This document shows positions 1 to 9,462 of a stretch of DNA of 64,000 nt, in pieces. The DNA is from Campylobacteraceae bacterium (GTDB lineage Bacteria; Campylobacterota; Campylobacteria; Campylobacterales; Sulfurovaceae): positions 14,804 through 78,803 of the forward strand of contig JALVXD010000216.1 in NCBI GenBank assembly GCA_027038295.1. The letters run 5' to 3'. Every line of letters starts with the position of its first letter. The first letter of the stretch is position 1. Position numbers and translations under genes: made by a program. Below the pieces are notes generated by a model. It saw only the letters and a program-made list of their open reading frames with translations. It searched no databases and was not told where the DNA came from.

Positions 1-36
1 TTATACAAGCCCCAAGAGATGAAACAAGCTTTTGTT

Positions 37-1194
37 TTACTCAAAAGAGTCAAGATAGCACATAACCTCATCAGCACTCCCTTCAAAAACAATAGGCATT
101 TCACTCTTTTCTATCTGATAATCATACATAGGGTCATAATACTCTCTTAAAAGTATCTCTATCCACCCTTTGTGTTGTTCCAGTTTTCCTGTGCGTTCTT
201 GTTCTAAAAATGCCTCGCTAAATGCTATTGTAATCATACTATAACGCTCTAAGCCCAAACGCTTTTTAATACGCTCTAGCCCTTGACTGGCATCGTTAAA
301 CCACATTTTTTCAGATTCGTCACCATAACAAGTTTTATAATGCTTTAGTGCATCACTTACATACTCTTGAAAGGTTATCTCTACACGCTCTTTCATGGGC
401 GTATGCAGTAGAATAAGTTTTCCTTTTCTAAAGTTGTCATAGAGAGGTTTAGGGATGTTAATCTTTCCTATGTTTCGGCTCTCATCTTCGATGACAATAT
501 GCTGATGGTTTTGCTCGGCATATTTAATGAGTGCAAACCCCAGTGCGTCTTCAAAGTCTATCTGTGCAGGTTGTGCTGAGATAAAGTTACCAAAAGAAGA
601 GCCTCTATGGTTTGCCAGTCCCTCTAGGTCGATGCTGTTGGAGAGTTTTTGCAGTAAAATAGTTTTTCCACTCCCCGTACGCCCCCCAATAATGAGCGTG
701 TTAGACGCTTTGATTATCTTCTCACTCTCTTGCATTAAAAAGGCACGAAAGGCTTTGTATCCACCTTTTAAACGAGGTATGGTAATGCCTACTTCTTGAA
801 GCCATGCTTGGGAAATTTGTGAACGCTGTCCTCCTCTAAAACAATAAAGGTACGCATTAGGGTGTTGTTTTACAAACTCTACCCACGCTTGAACACGCTC
901 ATGTTTCACAGGTTCTACCAGCTCTTTACCAAGCTGTACGGCAGAGGCGTTTCCCTGCTCTTTGTAGCGTATGCCTATGAGGTGACGCTCTTTGTCATTC
1001 ATAAGTGGTAGGTTAACAGCCGTAGGGAATGAACCTTTTAGAAACTCAACAGAAGCACGAACATCTATAAGGGGTCTGTTTTCAAGTACCATGCTACAAA
1101 AATCATCAGTTAAAGGTAAATCCAGTTTATTAATGGCTTCTATCTCATCTATCGTACCAAGGTCACTAAACTCCTCTTTGTTAGATGACTGCAA
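37..1194 (-). CDS. mnmH: tRNA 2-selenouridine(34) synthase
   Basis: Rhodanese domain ([10 protein letters not shown]...YCFRGGQRS) plus P-loop ([24 protein letters not shown]); directly downstream of selD. The ORF track starts at 1242; an in-frame TTG at 1194 with GGAG 9 nt upstream is my preferred start, but the start is uncertain. Confidence 0.93.
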   Translation of the reverse strand: MQSSNKEEFSDLGTIDEIEAINKLDLPLTDDFCSMVLENRPLIDVRASVEFLKGSFPTAVNLPLMNDKERHLIGIRYKEQGNASAVQLGKELVEPVKHERVQAWVEFVKQHPNAYLYCFRGGQRSQISQAWLQEVGITIPRLKGGYKAFRAFLMQESEKIIKASNTLIIGGRTGSGKTILLQKLSNSIDLEGLANHRGSSFGNFISAQPAQIDFEDALGFALIKYAEQNHQHIVIEDESRNIGKINIPKPLYDNFRKGKLILLHTPMKERVEITFQEYVSDALKHYKTCYGDESEKMWFNDASQGLERIKKRLGLERYSMITIAFSEAFLEQERTGKLEQHKGWIEILLREYYDPMYDYQIEKSEMPIVFEGSADEVMCYLDSFE

Positions 1195-2212
1195 TAATAT
1201 GTTCTCCACGTGCAACCGTCTCACCAATGCTTTTGAGTTCAAGTCCTGCTTTTTTAGTCAGTGCTAAAAATGCCTCTACACTCTCTTTTCGCACAGCACA
1301 CAGTAGTCCACCAGAAGTTTGAGCATCACATAAAATGTCTTGTTGTTCAGCTGTCATAGGGCTTATCTTATGACCATAACTTTCAAAGTTACGTTTGGTA
1401 CCTCCTGGCACACACTCCATTGCCCAGTACTCTTTTACTTTAGGAAGCAGTGGTACATCTTCAAAACGTACTTGTGCCGAGATGTTACTCCCCTCACATA
1501 TCTCAGTTAAGTGTCCAAGCAGACCAAAACCTGTAACATCAGTAATAGCAGTCACTCCCTCAAGTGCAGAGATTTCTGCTCCTATTTTGTTCAGAGTACA
1601 CATCGCTTCTACAGCAGGGTCTATGTCGCCTACGGCTATCTTATTGTTTTTTTGTGCTGTGGTTAAGATGCCTATACCTAAAGGTTTGGTCAAAAAGAGT
1701 TCACAATCTACCTCTGCTGTGTCGTTTTGTTTAAGGTTTTTGTTTTCTACCAAACCTGTCACGGCAAGACCAAAGATAGGCTCAGGAGAGTCAATACTAT
1801 GCCCACCTGCTAAGGGTATTCCTGCTTCCTCACAGACAGAACGCCCACCATCAATCACCAAACGAGCCACTTCATCACTCAACTTTTTTACAGGCCAACC
1901 AAAGATTGCTATCGCCATTAAAGGCTTACCACCCATGGCATATATATCGCTAATGGCATTGGTCGCAGCAATACGTCCAAAAGTAAAAGGGTCATCAACA
2001 ATGGGCATAAAAAAGTCTGTTGTCGAGAGTACCGAAGTACCGTTACCCAAATCAAAAGCTGCTGCATCATCTTTAGTAGAGTTACCCACAAGTAAGTTGG
2101 GGTAGCTAATGGTCTCTCTTGCCGATTTAAGCATGTTGTCGAGTTGTTTAGGTGATATTTTACAACCACACCCTGCCCCGTGGCTGTATTGTGTTAATTT
2201 TATATTTTCCAT
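1181..2212 (-). CDS. selD: selenide, water dikinase (selenophosphate synthetase), Cys-type
   Basis: N-terminal [11 protein letters not shown] (active-site codon is TGT, not TGA); [28 protein letters not shown] and DAQTSGGLL motifs. Confidence 0.97.
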   Translation of the reverse strand: MENIKLTQYSHGAGCGCKISPKQLDNMLKSARETISYPNLLVGNSTKDDAAAFDLGNGTSVLSTTDFFMPIVDDPFTFGRIAATNAISDIYAMGGKPLMAIAIFGWPVKKLSDEVARLVIDGGRSVCEEAGIPLAGGHSIDSPEPIFGLAVTGLVENKNLKQNDTAEVDCELFLTKPLGIGILTTAQKNNKIAVGDIDPAVEAMCTLNKIGAEISALEGVTAITDVTGFGLLGHLTEICEGSNISAQVRFEDVPLLPKVKEYWAMECVPGGTKRNFESYGHKISPMTAEQQDILCDAQTSGGLLCAVRKESVEAFLALTKKAGLELKSIGETVARGEHIIAVI

Positions 2213-2260
2213 ATATATATTCCTTTTTTTATCATTAAAATTTGAGGCTATACTAATCCT

Positions 2261-2295
2261 CTTTCCCTAAAAAGTAGTTTATTAATGTTAAAATA
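2261..2295 (+). repeat. 35-bp direct repeat, copy 1 (ctttccctaaaaagtagtttattaatgttaaaata)
   Basis: Identical to 3315-3349 by direct comparison. Confidence 0.95.
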
Positions 2296-2300
2296 GTGGA

Positions 2301-2474
2301 AACTGTCACTTATCTCTGCTAACTTATGCTCTTTTTTACCTTTTACTCCTTTTAGAAACTCTTCTATTAAGCAGTATATTGTTATCATTCTTTGTTCCAT
2401 AATCTGCCTCTCACAGCTTTTATGAAACTCTACTACTCTTTCTCTTTATTTCTTTATTAACTAGCAGTTTGGGT
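2301..2474 (-). mobile_element. IS982-like insertion sequence remnant (left end plus first ~33 codons of the transposase)
   Basis: The minus strand begins ACCCAAACTGCTAG (IS982-family ends start ACCC). ATG at 2400 gives MEQRMITIYCLIEEFLKGVKGKKEHKLAEISDS, resembling the IS982 transposase N-terminus (IYCLIDD...xSDxE), and the resemblance stops beside the 35-bp repeat. Recognised from memory of the family, not searched. Confidence 0.6.
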
Positions 2475-2512
2475 TAAATACCTGTATTATTAATAAGTTC
2501 ATAAATCATGAA

Positions 2513-2773
2513 TTAACTCCCATAATGAAAGCGACACGCCATAACATTTATCTGCTCATCAAAGACTTCATAAACCAAACGATGCTCTTGATTTATACGT
2601 CGTGACCAAGCACCTTGAAGTTCATGTTTTAAAGGTTCAGGTTTTCCTATTCCTTCATACGGAGTTCTTTTTATCTCTTTTAACAAACTATTGATTTTTT
2701 TGAGTAATTTTTTGTCGTATTGTTGCCAATAGCAGTAGTCATCCCATGCTTCATCTGTAAAAAGAAGATTCAT
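2513..2773 (-). CDS. yoeB: Txe/YoeB family toxin (type II TA)
   Basis: AWDDYCYWQ...GIGKPEPLKHELQGAWSRRINQEHRLVY...CRFHY, the canonical YoeB pattern. Confidence 0.96.
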   Translation of the reverse strand: MNLLFTDEAWDDYCYWQQYDKKLLKKINSLLKEIKRTPYEGIGKPEPLKHELQGAWSRRINQEHRLVYEVFDEQINVMACRFHYGS

Positions 2774-3024
2774 TAGTCAACTAACTCTCGTTGTGTGAGT
2801 TTTCCTGCTCTTGCACTTGCCAATGAGTTTAATAGGCGTTCTCTATTTTTAGGTGATGAAAGTAGATAATTGGTCTCTTTCATAGCGTTGTAACTGTCAA
2901 GTGAGATTATTACAACATTTTCTCCATTTTTACGATTGACAATGACTTCTTCACTATCTGCATAAACTGAGTCAAATAGTGACTTTAGATTATTTCTTGC
3001 TTCTGTAAAATTAACTACTTGCAT
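2773..3024 (-). CDS. yefM: Phd/YefM family antitoxin
   Basis: MQVVNFTEARNNLKSLFD...ETNYLLSSPKNRERL; ATG at 3024 with AAAGGAG RBS; overlaps the yoeB start by 1 nt. Confidence 0.95.
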   Translation of the reverse strand: MQVVNFTEARNNLKSLFDSVYADSEEVIVNRKNGENVVIISLDSYNAMKETNYLLSSPKNRERLLNSLASARAGKLTQRELVD

Positions 3025-3049
3025 AAAAACTCCTTTATGTTCCATATAT

Positions 3050-3085
3050 TGTACATAGTATAGGACATTATAGGGAAAATGTCAA
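3050..3085 (-). promoter_or_regulatory. yefM-yoeB sigma70 promoter with autoregulatory operator
   Basis: Minus strand TTGACA (3085-3080), 17 nt, TATACT (3062-3057). TGTACA palindrome at 3050-3055 and a degenerate copy (AGGACA, 3062-3067) 12 bp apart, matching the TGTACA-core operator layout known for E. coli yefM-yoeB. Confidence 0.8.
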
Positions 3086-3314
3086 GTTTATTGTAGATGA
3101 TGACATAGGCTAAGTTGACTTTTAGGAGAAAATTTCCCTTTTGCTGTTTGGATTTTCGTATTAATAATATCTTTTACATGGACAAAACACGTCCAAAAAT
3201 TACACTATAATTCAATACAACAATAAATTAGGTAAAATATAAAACTACAGAAAAGATTGAGGGGGAGTTGAGAGGGTATTTGTCAAAATAATACTTTATG
3301 CCTTAGTATTTAAT

Positions 3315-3349
3315 CTTTCCCTAAAAAGTAGTTTATTAATGTTAAAATA
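3315..3349 (+). repeat. 35-bp direct repeat, copy 2; contains extended -10 (TGtTAAAAT) for the downstream HAD gene
   Basis: Identical to 2261-2295; ends 20 nt before the ATG at 3370. Confidence 0.95.
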
Positions 3350-3369
3350 ATAAAAAAGGTATAGAAATT

Positions 3370-3840
3370 ATGATAAAAATTAAAATTCCCAACTACAATA
3401 CTCTTGAACTCAAACATGTTGTTTTAGATTACAACGGCACTATTGCCAAAGATGGAGAACTGAAAGAGGAGGTCAAAGCCCTACTTCCTCAACTATGCGA
3501 AGCCTACACCGTACACGTTATTACAGCCGATACCTTTGGTAGTGTAAAGTCACAGATGGAAGGCTTTTCTGTTGTTGTCAATGTACTGCAAACAGACGAC
3601 CACACAGCAGAAAAAGCAGCCTATGTTAAAAGTCTTAAAAAAGATACTTGCATTGCTATCGGTAATGGAAACAATGACCAAGAGATGCTTAAAAATGCCC
3701 TATTGGGTATTGCTGTTATGGGAGATGAGGGTTGTGCTACAGCTACTCTGTTGCAGAGTGACATATCTACAACTTGCATAGAAGATGCTTTGGCTCTTTT
3801 GGTGAATGAAAAACGATTGATTGCTACTTTACGAAGATAA
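3370..3840 (+). CDS. HAD-superfamily hydrolase (soluble P-type-ATPase-like protein)
   Basis: VLDYNGTIA (motif I), ITADTFG, AIGNGNND, GDEG. Confidence 0.85.
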   Translation: MIKIKIPNYNTLELKHVVLDYNGTIAKDGELKEEVKALLPQLCEAYTVHVITADTFGSVKSQMEGFSVVVNVLQTDDHTAEKAAYVKSLKKDTCIAIGNGNNDQEMLKNALLGIAVMGDEGCATATLLQSDISTTCIEDALALLVNEKRLIATLRR

Positions 3841-3923
3841 ACACTTTTGCAGAGTGTTTCATCTTATATAGATAGATTAAATTAATCAAAGGTGACAAGT
3901 AATAAATAAGATAAAACAAAAAA

Positions 3924-5324
3924 TTACTCTTTTCTATTCCATTTACGCTTTTTAAGCATCTCTCGTTTGGTATAAAATCTATTTTTAATTTGGTTTATTT
4001 TATTTTTCTCTTTCTCTTCAAGATTAGCAGTAATATTTTCTACCTCTTCTCCTATCTTCACTGAAAGCATTTCTGACTTTTTCATGGCTAAAATTTGGGA
4101 AGGGAAGATACTTCTGTGTCCTGAAATTAAAAAGCTAATAACAGCACCCAATGCTGCATAATGTGCAATATCTATACCAAAGAGTTCCACTGCCATAATG
4201 GTTGAAGCAATAGGAGTATTGGTTGTTGCAGAGAGTACACTGACAAAGCCCAGTGCTGAAAAAAGTATCAAATGTTCAGGTGAAACCAGTGTAGCAAAAG
4301 CATGTCCACTGGTCGCTCCAATGTAAAAAATTGGGGTAAGAATTCCACCACTACCTCCTGCCCCTAAAGAGATAGAGGTAAAAAGTGTTTTAAGTATAAA
4401 GGTATACCAATGAACATCTCCTACTAGAGTTGTATTGGGGGTAAGTACATTTTCAATTGTATCTAAACCAAGTCCTATATATTGCTCTCCAAATATGAGT
4501 GCGAGTACTACAACAATCAAACCTCCCAAAAAGGCTTTGATATAAATATTTAATTTAATGTTCTTAATTATTTTTGCAGTGAAAGAGACAGAAGTAATCA
4601 CCATGTCCGATACCATACCAAAAAAGAGTGCAGCCAAGACTACCTTCCCAATCAGTGACAAGTCAAGTGTAATATTTTGATAGAAATGAAGATTGTAATA
4701 GGTGTATTTAATTCCTAAAAGCTGTGCCGTTGTAAAAGCAGCAAAACCAGCAATAAAAGAGGGCAAAAGAACATCATATAAAATAACCCCAATAATAAGT
4801 ACCTCTACTCCAAAAATTGCTCCTGCAATAGGTGTACCAAAAACGGTTGCAAACCCTGCACTTATACCACAAATTACCAGTTTTTTTCGGTCTTGTTTGT
4901 TAAATTTAAATAGACTAGAAAGTGCAGAAGCCACCCCTGCACCTATCTGTGCACCTGGTCCCTCTTTTCCCACAGAAGCACCTGCAAAAATACTTACTAC
5001 CGTAGCCAAAAGTTTTACAGGAATTACCGAAATATCAATTTTGGCATTATCTCTATGTACTGCTGATATAACCTTCTCTGTACCATGCCCCTCTGCTGAG
5101 GGAGCAAATGTTCTAACAATCCAAACCGTAAGCACTAAGGCAAAAGGAAGGGTATAATAATAAGGAAAAGGTAAAAGAGAACGCGATGTTTCTGCATATT
5201 CTAAAATATCGAGGAAAGATGTCACCGTAGCACCAATGATAACACCAATCAGTGAAGAGAGAAATACCCATTTTGCTACACTAAAAAATATTGCTATTTG
5301 TTCTGTGAAATGTTTTTGTATCAT
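3924..5324 (-). CDS. ClC/EriC-family chloride channel protein
   Basis: Many TM helices; GKEGP gating-Glu motif, FGTPIAGAIFGVEV, GGSGGILTPIF, NTPIASTIMAVELFG. Confidence 0.9.
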   Translation of the reverse strand: MIQKHFTEQIAIFFSVAKWVFLSSLIGVIIGATVTSFLDILEYAETSRSLLPFPYYYTLPFALVLTVWIVRTFAPSAEGHGTEKVISAVHRDNAKIDISVIPVKLLATVVSIFAGASVGKEGPGAQIGAGVASALSSLFKFNKQDRKKLVICGISAGFATVFGTPIAGAIFGVEVLIIGVILYDVLLPSFIAGFAAFTTAQLLGIKYTYYNLHFYQNITLDLSLIGKVVLAALFFGMVSDMVITSVSFTAKIIKNIKLNIYIKAFLGGLIVVVLALIFGEQYIGLGLDTIENVLTPNTTLVGDVHWYTFILKTLFTSISLGAGGSGGILTPIFYIGATSGHAFATLVSPEHLILFSALGFVSVLSATTNTPIASTIMAVELFGIDIAHYAALGAVISFLISGHRSIFPSQILAMKKSEMLSVKIGEEVENITANLEEKEKNKINQIKNRFYTKREMLKKRKWNRKE

Positions 5325-5498
5325 TATTGTCCATTATGGAAGAAGTATATATAATGATTATGCCATAAATTTTATATATTATAAGATGAATAATAAATCA
5401 AAAATCTATTATATTTTTATTTGAGAAAATAAAGTATATTCTTAAGTACTACTGACTATAATAATGTTGATTTACGTTATAAAAAACTAAGGAAGCCA

Positions 5499-6050
5499 AT
5501 GCAAGGCTATGTCATTCACTTTAACGATGAAAAAGGTTATGGATTTATAAAAATAGAGGAGCATGAAGAGAATATCTTTGTGCATAAATCTGCTCTAACC
5601 AATGCTCAGACACTTGAACAAGGGCAAGAGGTTGAGTTTGGTGTTAAAAAGACAAAGAAAGGACTCTCTGCAACCAACGTAGTAGCAGGTGCTAAACAGC
5701 ATTCTCCCTATTTTATCTTTGGGTTGGTATCGTTGGTGATAACCAGTGGTCTTTTTGCTTTCTTCTACTTCTACCAACACCTTAACCCACTGCTTAGCTA
5801 CCTCATCGCCATTAATATTAGTACTTTTTTACTCTATGGCTATGACAAACTTATATCAGCAGGAGAAACACTTCGTGTTCCAGAGTGGAACTTACATGCT
5901 TTAGCCATATTGGGTGGTTCTCCAGCTGGGTTATCTGCTCAAAAGTTTTTTCATCATAAAACCATTAAGGGGTCATTTCAGTTGGTCTATTGGATTATAG
6001 TTGCTTTACAGGTTGGCTTATTGATGTGGATTGAAAAGATTAAACCATAG
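5499..6050 (+). CDS. cold-shock domain / DUF1294 fusion membrane protein
   Basis: N-terminal CSD (FNDEKGYGFI, IFVHKS); C-terminal LYGYDK...RVPEWNLH...GGSPAG...HHKTIK (DUF1294). Confidence 0.88.
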   Translation: MQGYVIHFNDEKGYGFIKIEEHEENIFVHKSALTNAQTLEQGQEVEFGVKKTKKGLSATNVVAGAKQHSPYFIFGLVSLVITSGLFAFFYFYQHLNPLLSYLIAINISTFLLYGYDKLISAGETLRVPEWNLHALAILGGSPAGLSAQKFFHHKTIKGSFQLVYWIIVALQVGLLMWIEKIKP

Positions 6051-6774
6051 GAATCAAACGTCGAACTTTTTTTACCTCTTTTAAATCTATGGTAGCTTCT
6101 ATAACTTCTGCCTTGTCATCCATAACCACATCACACCATGGAGAGATAATAGCTGAACTCTTTGCCATGTCGTCGTTGGCAGAGTTGCATAGACAGACGA
6201 ATGATTGGTTCATGGTTGCTAATGCTTGAGAGAGTGCCTCTAAATGTTTTTTTCTAGCTTTTCCCCACATGGCAGGTATAAGCACAATATCTACACCCTC
6301 TATCTGTTTCCATAACGCTTTAAAACGTAACTCAAAACAGATAATAAGTGCATAAGATATACCATTTATTTCAAAAGAGACAATATCTTTTTTCTCTCCT
6401 GCATGGAAATATTTATGCTCATTACCTATCTTAAAGAGTTTATATTTATTTTGAGAATAGACAACCTTGTGGTCATGTATAACAACAGCTCGGTTGACAA
6501 TCTTGTCACCCTCTTTTCTTATAATAGTAAACACCAAGATTTGAGTACTTATCAGGGGAAGTATCTCTTCCATCGCTCTCTCATAAAAAGCTATGGCTTC
6601 ATCAAAGTTGTCATAGTCGTAAGCTGTCAAGTAAACCTCTGGAGCCATTATAAGCTCTTTGTTTTGATGAGCTTTTATATACTCTAAAAGTCTCTCTAAA
6701 TTTTTCTCGTAAGAGCTACTTGACTCCAGTTGTAAAAGAGCAATTTTATACTCTTTTTTACTTAAGTAAGACAT
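6040..6774 (-). CDS. carbon-nitrogen hydrolase (nitrilase superfamily)
   Basis: Glu-Lys-Cys triad motifs APEVY, KYKLF and ICFELRF. Confidence 0.9.
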   Translation of the reverse strand: MSYLSKKEYKIALLQLESSSSYEKNLERLLEYIKAHQNKELIMAPEVYLTAYDYDNFDEAIAFYERAMEEILPLISTQILVFTIIRKEGDKIVNRAVVIHDHKVVYSQNKYKLFKIGNEHKYFHAGEKKDIVSFEINGISYALIICFELRFKALWKQIEGVDIVLIPAMWGKARKKHLEALSQALATMNQSFVCLCNSANDDMAKSSAIISPWCDVVMDDKAEVIEATIDLKEVKKVRRLIPMV

Positions 6775-6777
6775 CTA

Positions 6778-7797
6778 TTAAAAGTCATCAAAGTCTAAAC
6801 TACCTTTCGAGTAGTTTGCTACGTTACCTTCAAAAAAGTTTGTTTTTTGGTCATTAAACTTTCCAAAATCATCAACCCATTTAATAGGATGTTCAACATT
6901 ATATAGTTTATTCATACCTACAGCATGTAGTCTTTCATCTGCTAAGTACTGGATGTACTGCTCTATAATATCGTTTGTCAAACCTAAAATTTGACCTTGA
7001 GTAATGTATTTACCCCAATCACTCTCAAGCTTTACTGCCTCTCTAAACATGTTGTAAATCTCATCGTTAAACTCTTTTGTAAAGATATCTGGACGTTCAC
7101 GTTTTACAGCACGAATCATATTTTGAAAAAGAATCAAGTGTGTTACTTCATCACGTTGAATAAAACGAATCATCTGTGCTGAACCTAGCATTTTTCCTGA
7201 ACGTGCAAGGGTATAGAGGTAAGTAAAACCTGAATAGAAGTAGATGCCCTCTAATATTTGGTTAGCAAACATTGCTTTTACTATGTTTTCATCGGTTGCA
7301 TTTACACTTAGCTCTTCATAAATTTTTGCAATGGCATCATTTTTTGTTTTAAGCATCATATCTTGTCGCCAAAGTTGGTAGATTTCATCTGAGTTTGTAG
7401 ATATACTATCCACCATCACAGCATAACTCTGTGAATGAAGTGCCTCTTCAAATGCTTGTCTAACCAACACTAAGTTAATTTCAGGAGAGGTAATAAAGGG
7501 ATTAACATTATCTATAAGGTTATTGGTTTGTAATGAATCCATGAAAATAAGCTGTGATAAAACTTTGTCATAAGCTGTTTTCTCTGAATCAGTTAAACGT
7601 TTATAGTCTCCTACATCTTGGGTCATATCTACCTCTTTAGGAAACCATGTATTGTTTAACATCACTTCCCATAAATTATACGCCCAATTGTATTTAATAT
7701 CATTAAGTTCAAAAATACCTGTAGGGTCTCCACCAAATATCTTTCTATCACTTGTTTTCTCTTTTGATTCGGGGTTGTATATTTTCTTTCTATTCAT
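6778..7797 (-). CDS. nrdB: class Ia ribonucleotide reductase beta subunit
   Basis: Diiron ligands [15 protein letters not shown] (radical Tyr), [17 protein letters not shown]-terminal [10 protein letters not shown]. Confidence 0.95.
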   Translation of the reverse strand: MNRKKIYNPESKEKTSDRKIFGGDPTGIFELNDIKYNWAYNLWEVMLNNTWFPKEVDMTQDVGDYKRLTDSEKTAYDKVLSQLIFMDSLQTNNLIDNVNPFITSPEINLVLVRQAFEEALHSQSYAVMVDSISTNSDEIYQLWRQDMMLKTKNDAIAKIYEELSVNATDENIVKAMFANQILEGIYFYSGFTYLYTLARSGKMLGSAQMIRFIQRDEVTHLILFQNMIRAVKRERPDIFTKEFNDEIYNMFREAVKLESDWGKYITQGQILGLTNDIIEQYIQYLADERLHAVGMNKLYNVEHPIKWVDDFGKFNDQKTNFFEGNVANYSKGSLDFDDF

Positions 7798-7979
7798 GTG
7801 CTATTCTGCCTTACTTCAATTAAATATTGCTTGATTTTGCTGATTATACAGTAATAACTTTAACTCTTTTTCATATTTTTTAAAATAGATTTAAATTTAA
7901 AATATAGATTAAGTTTTAAAATGTTAAAATATAATAATTTAAAACATTATTAAATATTTTACGAAGACAAGGAGTAAAA

Positions 7980-8894
7980 ATGTATTATAATTCCAATCAG
8001 AATAGTAATGAATACTACAGTTCATACAAACAAGAACTCTCTTCCCTAGAGACCAAAAGTAACAATAGAGGTTCTTCATTTTTAACTTTAAAAAAAATAG
8101 GTATGGGTATTTTACTCTTAGCTATCGTTTTGGGAATTTTTTATAGTATAAAAAACTTTTCAAAAGAGACTTTATCTTCCTCTACAACTGATGTAGAAAA
8201 CAGAATGAATGATAATGGAAATGAGCTTTTAGCAAATAATTCAACTGTAGATACTGTACCTAAAATTATAATAACCAAAGAGAGTCTTCCAAAAAGTATT
8301 CAATTACAAGAGTCTGAATCAAAAATAATTTCTAATCTCAAAGGAAATGCCACTGATGGTTTAAATGAAGACTCACCATTAAAAAGCAAAGAGCATAATG
8401 AGATAAAAAAACAAGTTATCTCTTTACCTGAAACAGTAAATATGAATTCAAATGACATTGAAAAGATTGTGAACCTCATTCTTGCTAAGAAAAAAGAGAA
8501 AAACAAATCATCTTTAGAGAAACAGCTCCTTGAGGCAGAGACAGAAGAGCATCCAGCTCAAACGTTAAAAGAGAGTAATCACTATAATAAAGTTGTACTC
8601 TCTTCTAAAAATGAAAACGCTAACATTCAACTTACTAACCTTAACGATAAATTAAGTAAGTCAAATAAAAAAGAAAAACTCTCTAAGTATGAAAAGTCAC
8701 TTAAACCTGAAGTAGCTACACGTAAAAAAGAGATGAGAATTATTATCGTCAAAAAAGGTGACACTCTCTCTCAATTGGCTTTAAAAGCTTATGGTGATAA
8801 ATTTGCTTACGATAAAATTTTTAAAGCCAATCCTGAAATTATCAAAAATCCAAATCAAATTTTTGTAGGTCAGAAGATACGTATACCATTATAA
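7980..8894 (+). CDS. membrane-anchored LysM peptidoglycan-binding protein
   Basis: One TM helix (IGMGILLLAIVLGIFY), a low-complexity linker and a C-terminal LysM (IIVKKGDTLSQLA...IFKAN...NPNQIFVGQKIRIP). Confidence 0.88.
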   Translation: MYYNSNQNSNEYYSSYKQELSSLETKSNNRGSSFLTLKKIGMGILLLAIVLGIFYSIKNFSKETLSSSTTDVENRMNDNGNELLANNSTVDTVPKIIITKESLPKSIQLQESESKIISNLKGNATDGLNEDSPLKSKEHNEIKKQVISLPETVNMNSNDIEKIVNLILAKKKEKNKSSLEKQLLEAETEEHPAQTLKESNHYNKVVLSSKNENANIQLTNLNDKLSKSNKKEKLSKYEKSLKPEVATRKKEMRIIIVKKGDTLSQLALKAYGDKFAYDKIFKANPEIIKNPNQIFVGQKIRIPL

Positions 8895-8959
8895 ATTTAC
8901 TCCTTGTTAAGGTTATCTTGATATATTAAAAACTCATTTTTAATATATTAGGATTTCTC

Positions 8960-9439
8960 ATGGATTATATGTTTCAAACAGGATTTTTAGGAACAAGAGC
9001 TCCATTTTTTATGGACTTTGTTACTCTTATTGTCGCACTCCTTCCTCTATTAGTCTTTGGAGCCATTCTTTTGGCTCAAAAAAAATCTTATAAATCACAT
9101 GCCTTTGTACAAACCCTCATTTTTACTGTTTCCGTTATTGTTGTCGGTTACTTTGAATATGGGGTTCGAGTTGGTGGTGGATTTGATGCATTTATGGATG
9201 GAAGTAGTGTTTCTCACAATTATGCTCTATGGGTGCTAATTGTTCATATTTTTATATCTGTAGTTACTTTAGGTCTTTGGATAAAAATATTAATATCGGC
9301 AAGAGGAGAGTATAAGAAACAAAAGCTACCTGGTCGTAACTCAGCCATTCATAAAAAAGCTGGTATACGTACTTTTATTGCTATTGCTTTAACCTCATTT
9401 ACTGGAATATGGGTTTATCTACTTCTATTTGTCTATTAA
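8960..9439 (+). CDS. DUF420-family inner membrane protein
   Basis: Four TM helices with conserved His (YKSHAFVQ, IVHIFIS, IHKKAG) and a C-terminal TGIWVY. Confidence 0.75.
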   Translation: MDYMFQTGFLGTRAPFFMDFVTLIVALLPLLVFGAILLAQKKSYKSHAFVQTLIFTVSVIVVGYFEYGVRVGGGFDAFMDGSSVSHNYALWVLIVHIFISVVTLGLWIKILISARGEYKKQKLPGRNSAIHKKAGIRTFIAIALTSFTGIWVYLLLFVY

Positions 9440-9462
9440 AAAGGAGGAGCTAAAAGCTCTTT

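Noticed and set aside
2150-2190. Selenocysteine recoding in selD
   Set aside because: The active-site codon is TGT (Cys); there is no in-frame TGA.
6778-7797. Orphan nrdB without adjacent nrdA
   Set aside because: Separated nrdA and nrdB occur in other Campylobacterota; radical Tyr and iron ligands are normal.
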